From NCBI GenBank assembly GCA_965237525.1, contig CBDEFO010000008.1, forward strand, positions 928,001 to 992,000: 64,000 nucleotides of DNA, read 5' to 3'. The position numbers and the translations under genes were made by a program. Origin of the DNA: Candidatus Latescibacterota bacterium. GTDB taxonomy: Bacteria; Latescibacterota; CBDEFO01. Below the pieces are notes generated by a model. The model made no database searches. It saw only the letters and a program-made list of their open reading frames with translations, and was not told the DNA's origin. Each line of letters opens with the position of its first letter. The first letter of the stretch is position 1. Positions 63,220 through 64,000 of this stretch are shown in pieces.

Positions 63220-63242
63220 AAAAGAAACTGGAGTTACTCTAA
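62094..63242 (+). CDS. IS481-like integrase-core transposase
   Basis: HTH (AARAFNTTRKSIRKWLKRY), QIDVK, QTDNGSQF, SDVERAH. Confidence 0.88.
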   Translation: MRTEKRRVDTMENAISYSDVLVLNPNPVDLRIKMVQTAQLYGVSYAARAFNTTRKSIRKWLKRYLEDRSVKSLENHTKAPINPHSLLPEEIRKLIVKFRQTHPSLGYPYLLGFLQKQNVPTDQIPSKQTAYAIWKKHNLIKKRTRKWKRKALVCQWKKKLRPFEHIQIDVKHLCDIPNYLKQHYKTGAQLPMFEYTARDIKTGGLFVSLADEQSLINSCILAEALLQHLEDHKVYPRKIQTDNGSQFVNTKDALKKTLFTDLIQQRGVKHKRIPPGATTYQSDVERAHGLIEYEFYDTIKTTNRANLCRKLQTYQWLFNTQRHNSYKDFKSPLQITTQHQPTENLDPQLFNFPVLILDSLLSIFIKGGYHVPLPDKKKLELL

Positions 63243-64000
63243 AAGCCTTGTGAAATAGTTATGTCCCAGGCAGCGTCTGAAGCGCCGATTATGGGTCAAA
63301 GAGTAGCATATCGTATCGTTTTGCTGTGGAATAAGCAAAATAGTCTTATCAGAGTTCTGGTCAGCAAGGAATAGGAGCTGTTTGAAGAACAGGATGCACT
63401 GTCTTTGACAGACAGGGCACACATAGACGCTTTCCCCCTTCTTATGAAAGATACAAGCCTCTTGAGATTCTGTACTGTTGCAACAAGATTCAACTGTTCA
63501 TTCAGTGAGGCTGGTCCTCTGTAACGGGCTCGTCCCATACCGTGTTGTTGCCTGGCTTCAGCAAAGATATGTTCACTGCGTTTACGGAGTCTCCGGGAGA
63601 GTTTGTAGTCAGCTGTTAATGAGATAGACCGTGCATGATTTCTGGCTTTCGCCTCTCGCACTTTTCTATCCCGTTCGGCCTGAATATGTGCTGGATTTGT
63701 CTTGTTTTTCCATGTAGGAATCGGTTCAATCTTCTCATCGGCTCGCAGAGGAATATGGGGTATGATTCCCCGGTCAAGTACATCAGCGATAAAATTACCA
63801 GAACCGTAACCCGTATCGGCACTAAGTGTCTGAATGTCTTTGGGCATGGTCTATGTTTCAAGGTCATCTACCATCTTAAGGGCACTTTCGGGCTCTGCTG
63901 TCCCTGTCGCCTGCGTGCCCTGAGTCTCAAGGATTACTCTGCTTTTTGTGTCGATCAGATCATGGCCCATAAACGAGAGAAAAGCCCCTTTGCCCTTCGA
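63243..64000 (-). mobile_element. IS1182-family element, copy 4 (partial; same TAG as copy 2)
   Basis: CTAA|AAGCCTTGTGAAA at 63239-63255; CTA at 63851-53 gives the in-frame TAG. Confidence 0.93.

Noticed and set aside
23234..63422. Recurring MCPVCQRQC, MISGFRL and MYLSAVD ORFs
   Set aside because: Alternative frames of the repeated IS1182 sequence, not an independent gene family

Overview
Bacterial chromosomal segment. A C-terminal dockerin-like module, SWGxxK-tailed secreted proteins and a DUF5723-like barrel suggest an FCB-group organism, possibly Candidatus Latescibacterota; this is inference. Housekeeping content: ligA, moeB, tRNA-Glu, tRNA-fMet, HU, a fumarase/aspartase, ptsH-nucleotidyltransferase-metK-ahcY, purF, sat-cysC, an RND efflux operon, an M16 peptidase pair, and ferredoxin plus an archaeal-type geranylgeranyl reductase. 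The region shows extensive mobile-DNA activity and decay: four copies of one IS1182-family element (YTAR target), two integrase-core IS elements, a 249-bp MITE, about a dozen pseudogenes or gene scars (including an sdhA/sdhB deletion scar), and several families of very short palindromic repeats. Two signals stand out. (1) A ~23-bp hairpin micro-element, CCCCGAT-AGATTCA-ATCGGGG, occurs at 7 loci. It shows compensatory stem changes, nests in itself and in other repeats, and sits in-frame in two intact efflux genes. (2) A tandem cassette of secreted proteins shares a C-terminal (A/V)VExxSWGK(I/V)KSxF motif, a candidate sorting signal, and its tail+RBS+signal-peptide junction is repeated at DNA level. 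All calls come from reading the sequence by eye; no database searches were run.
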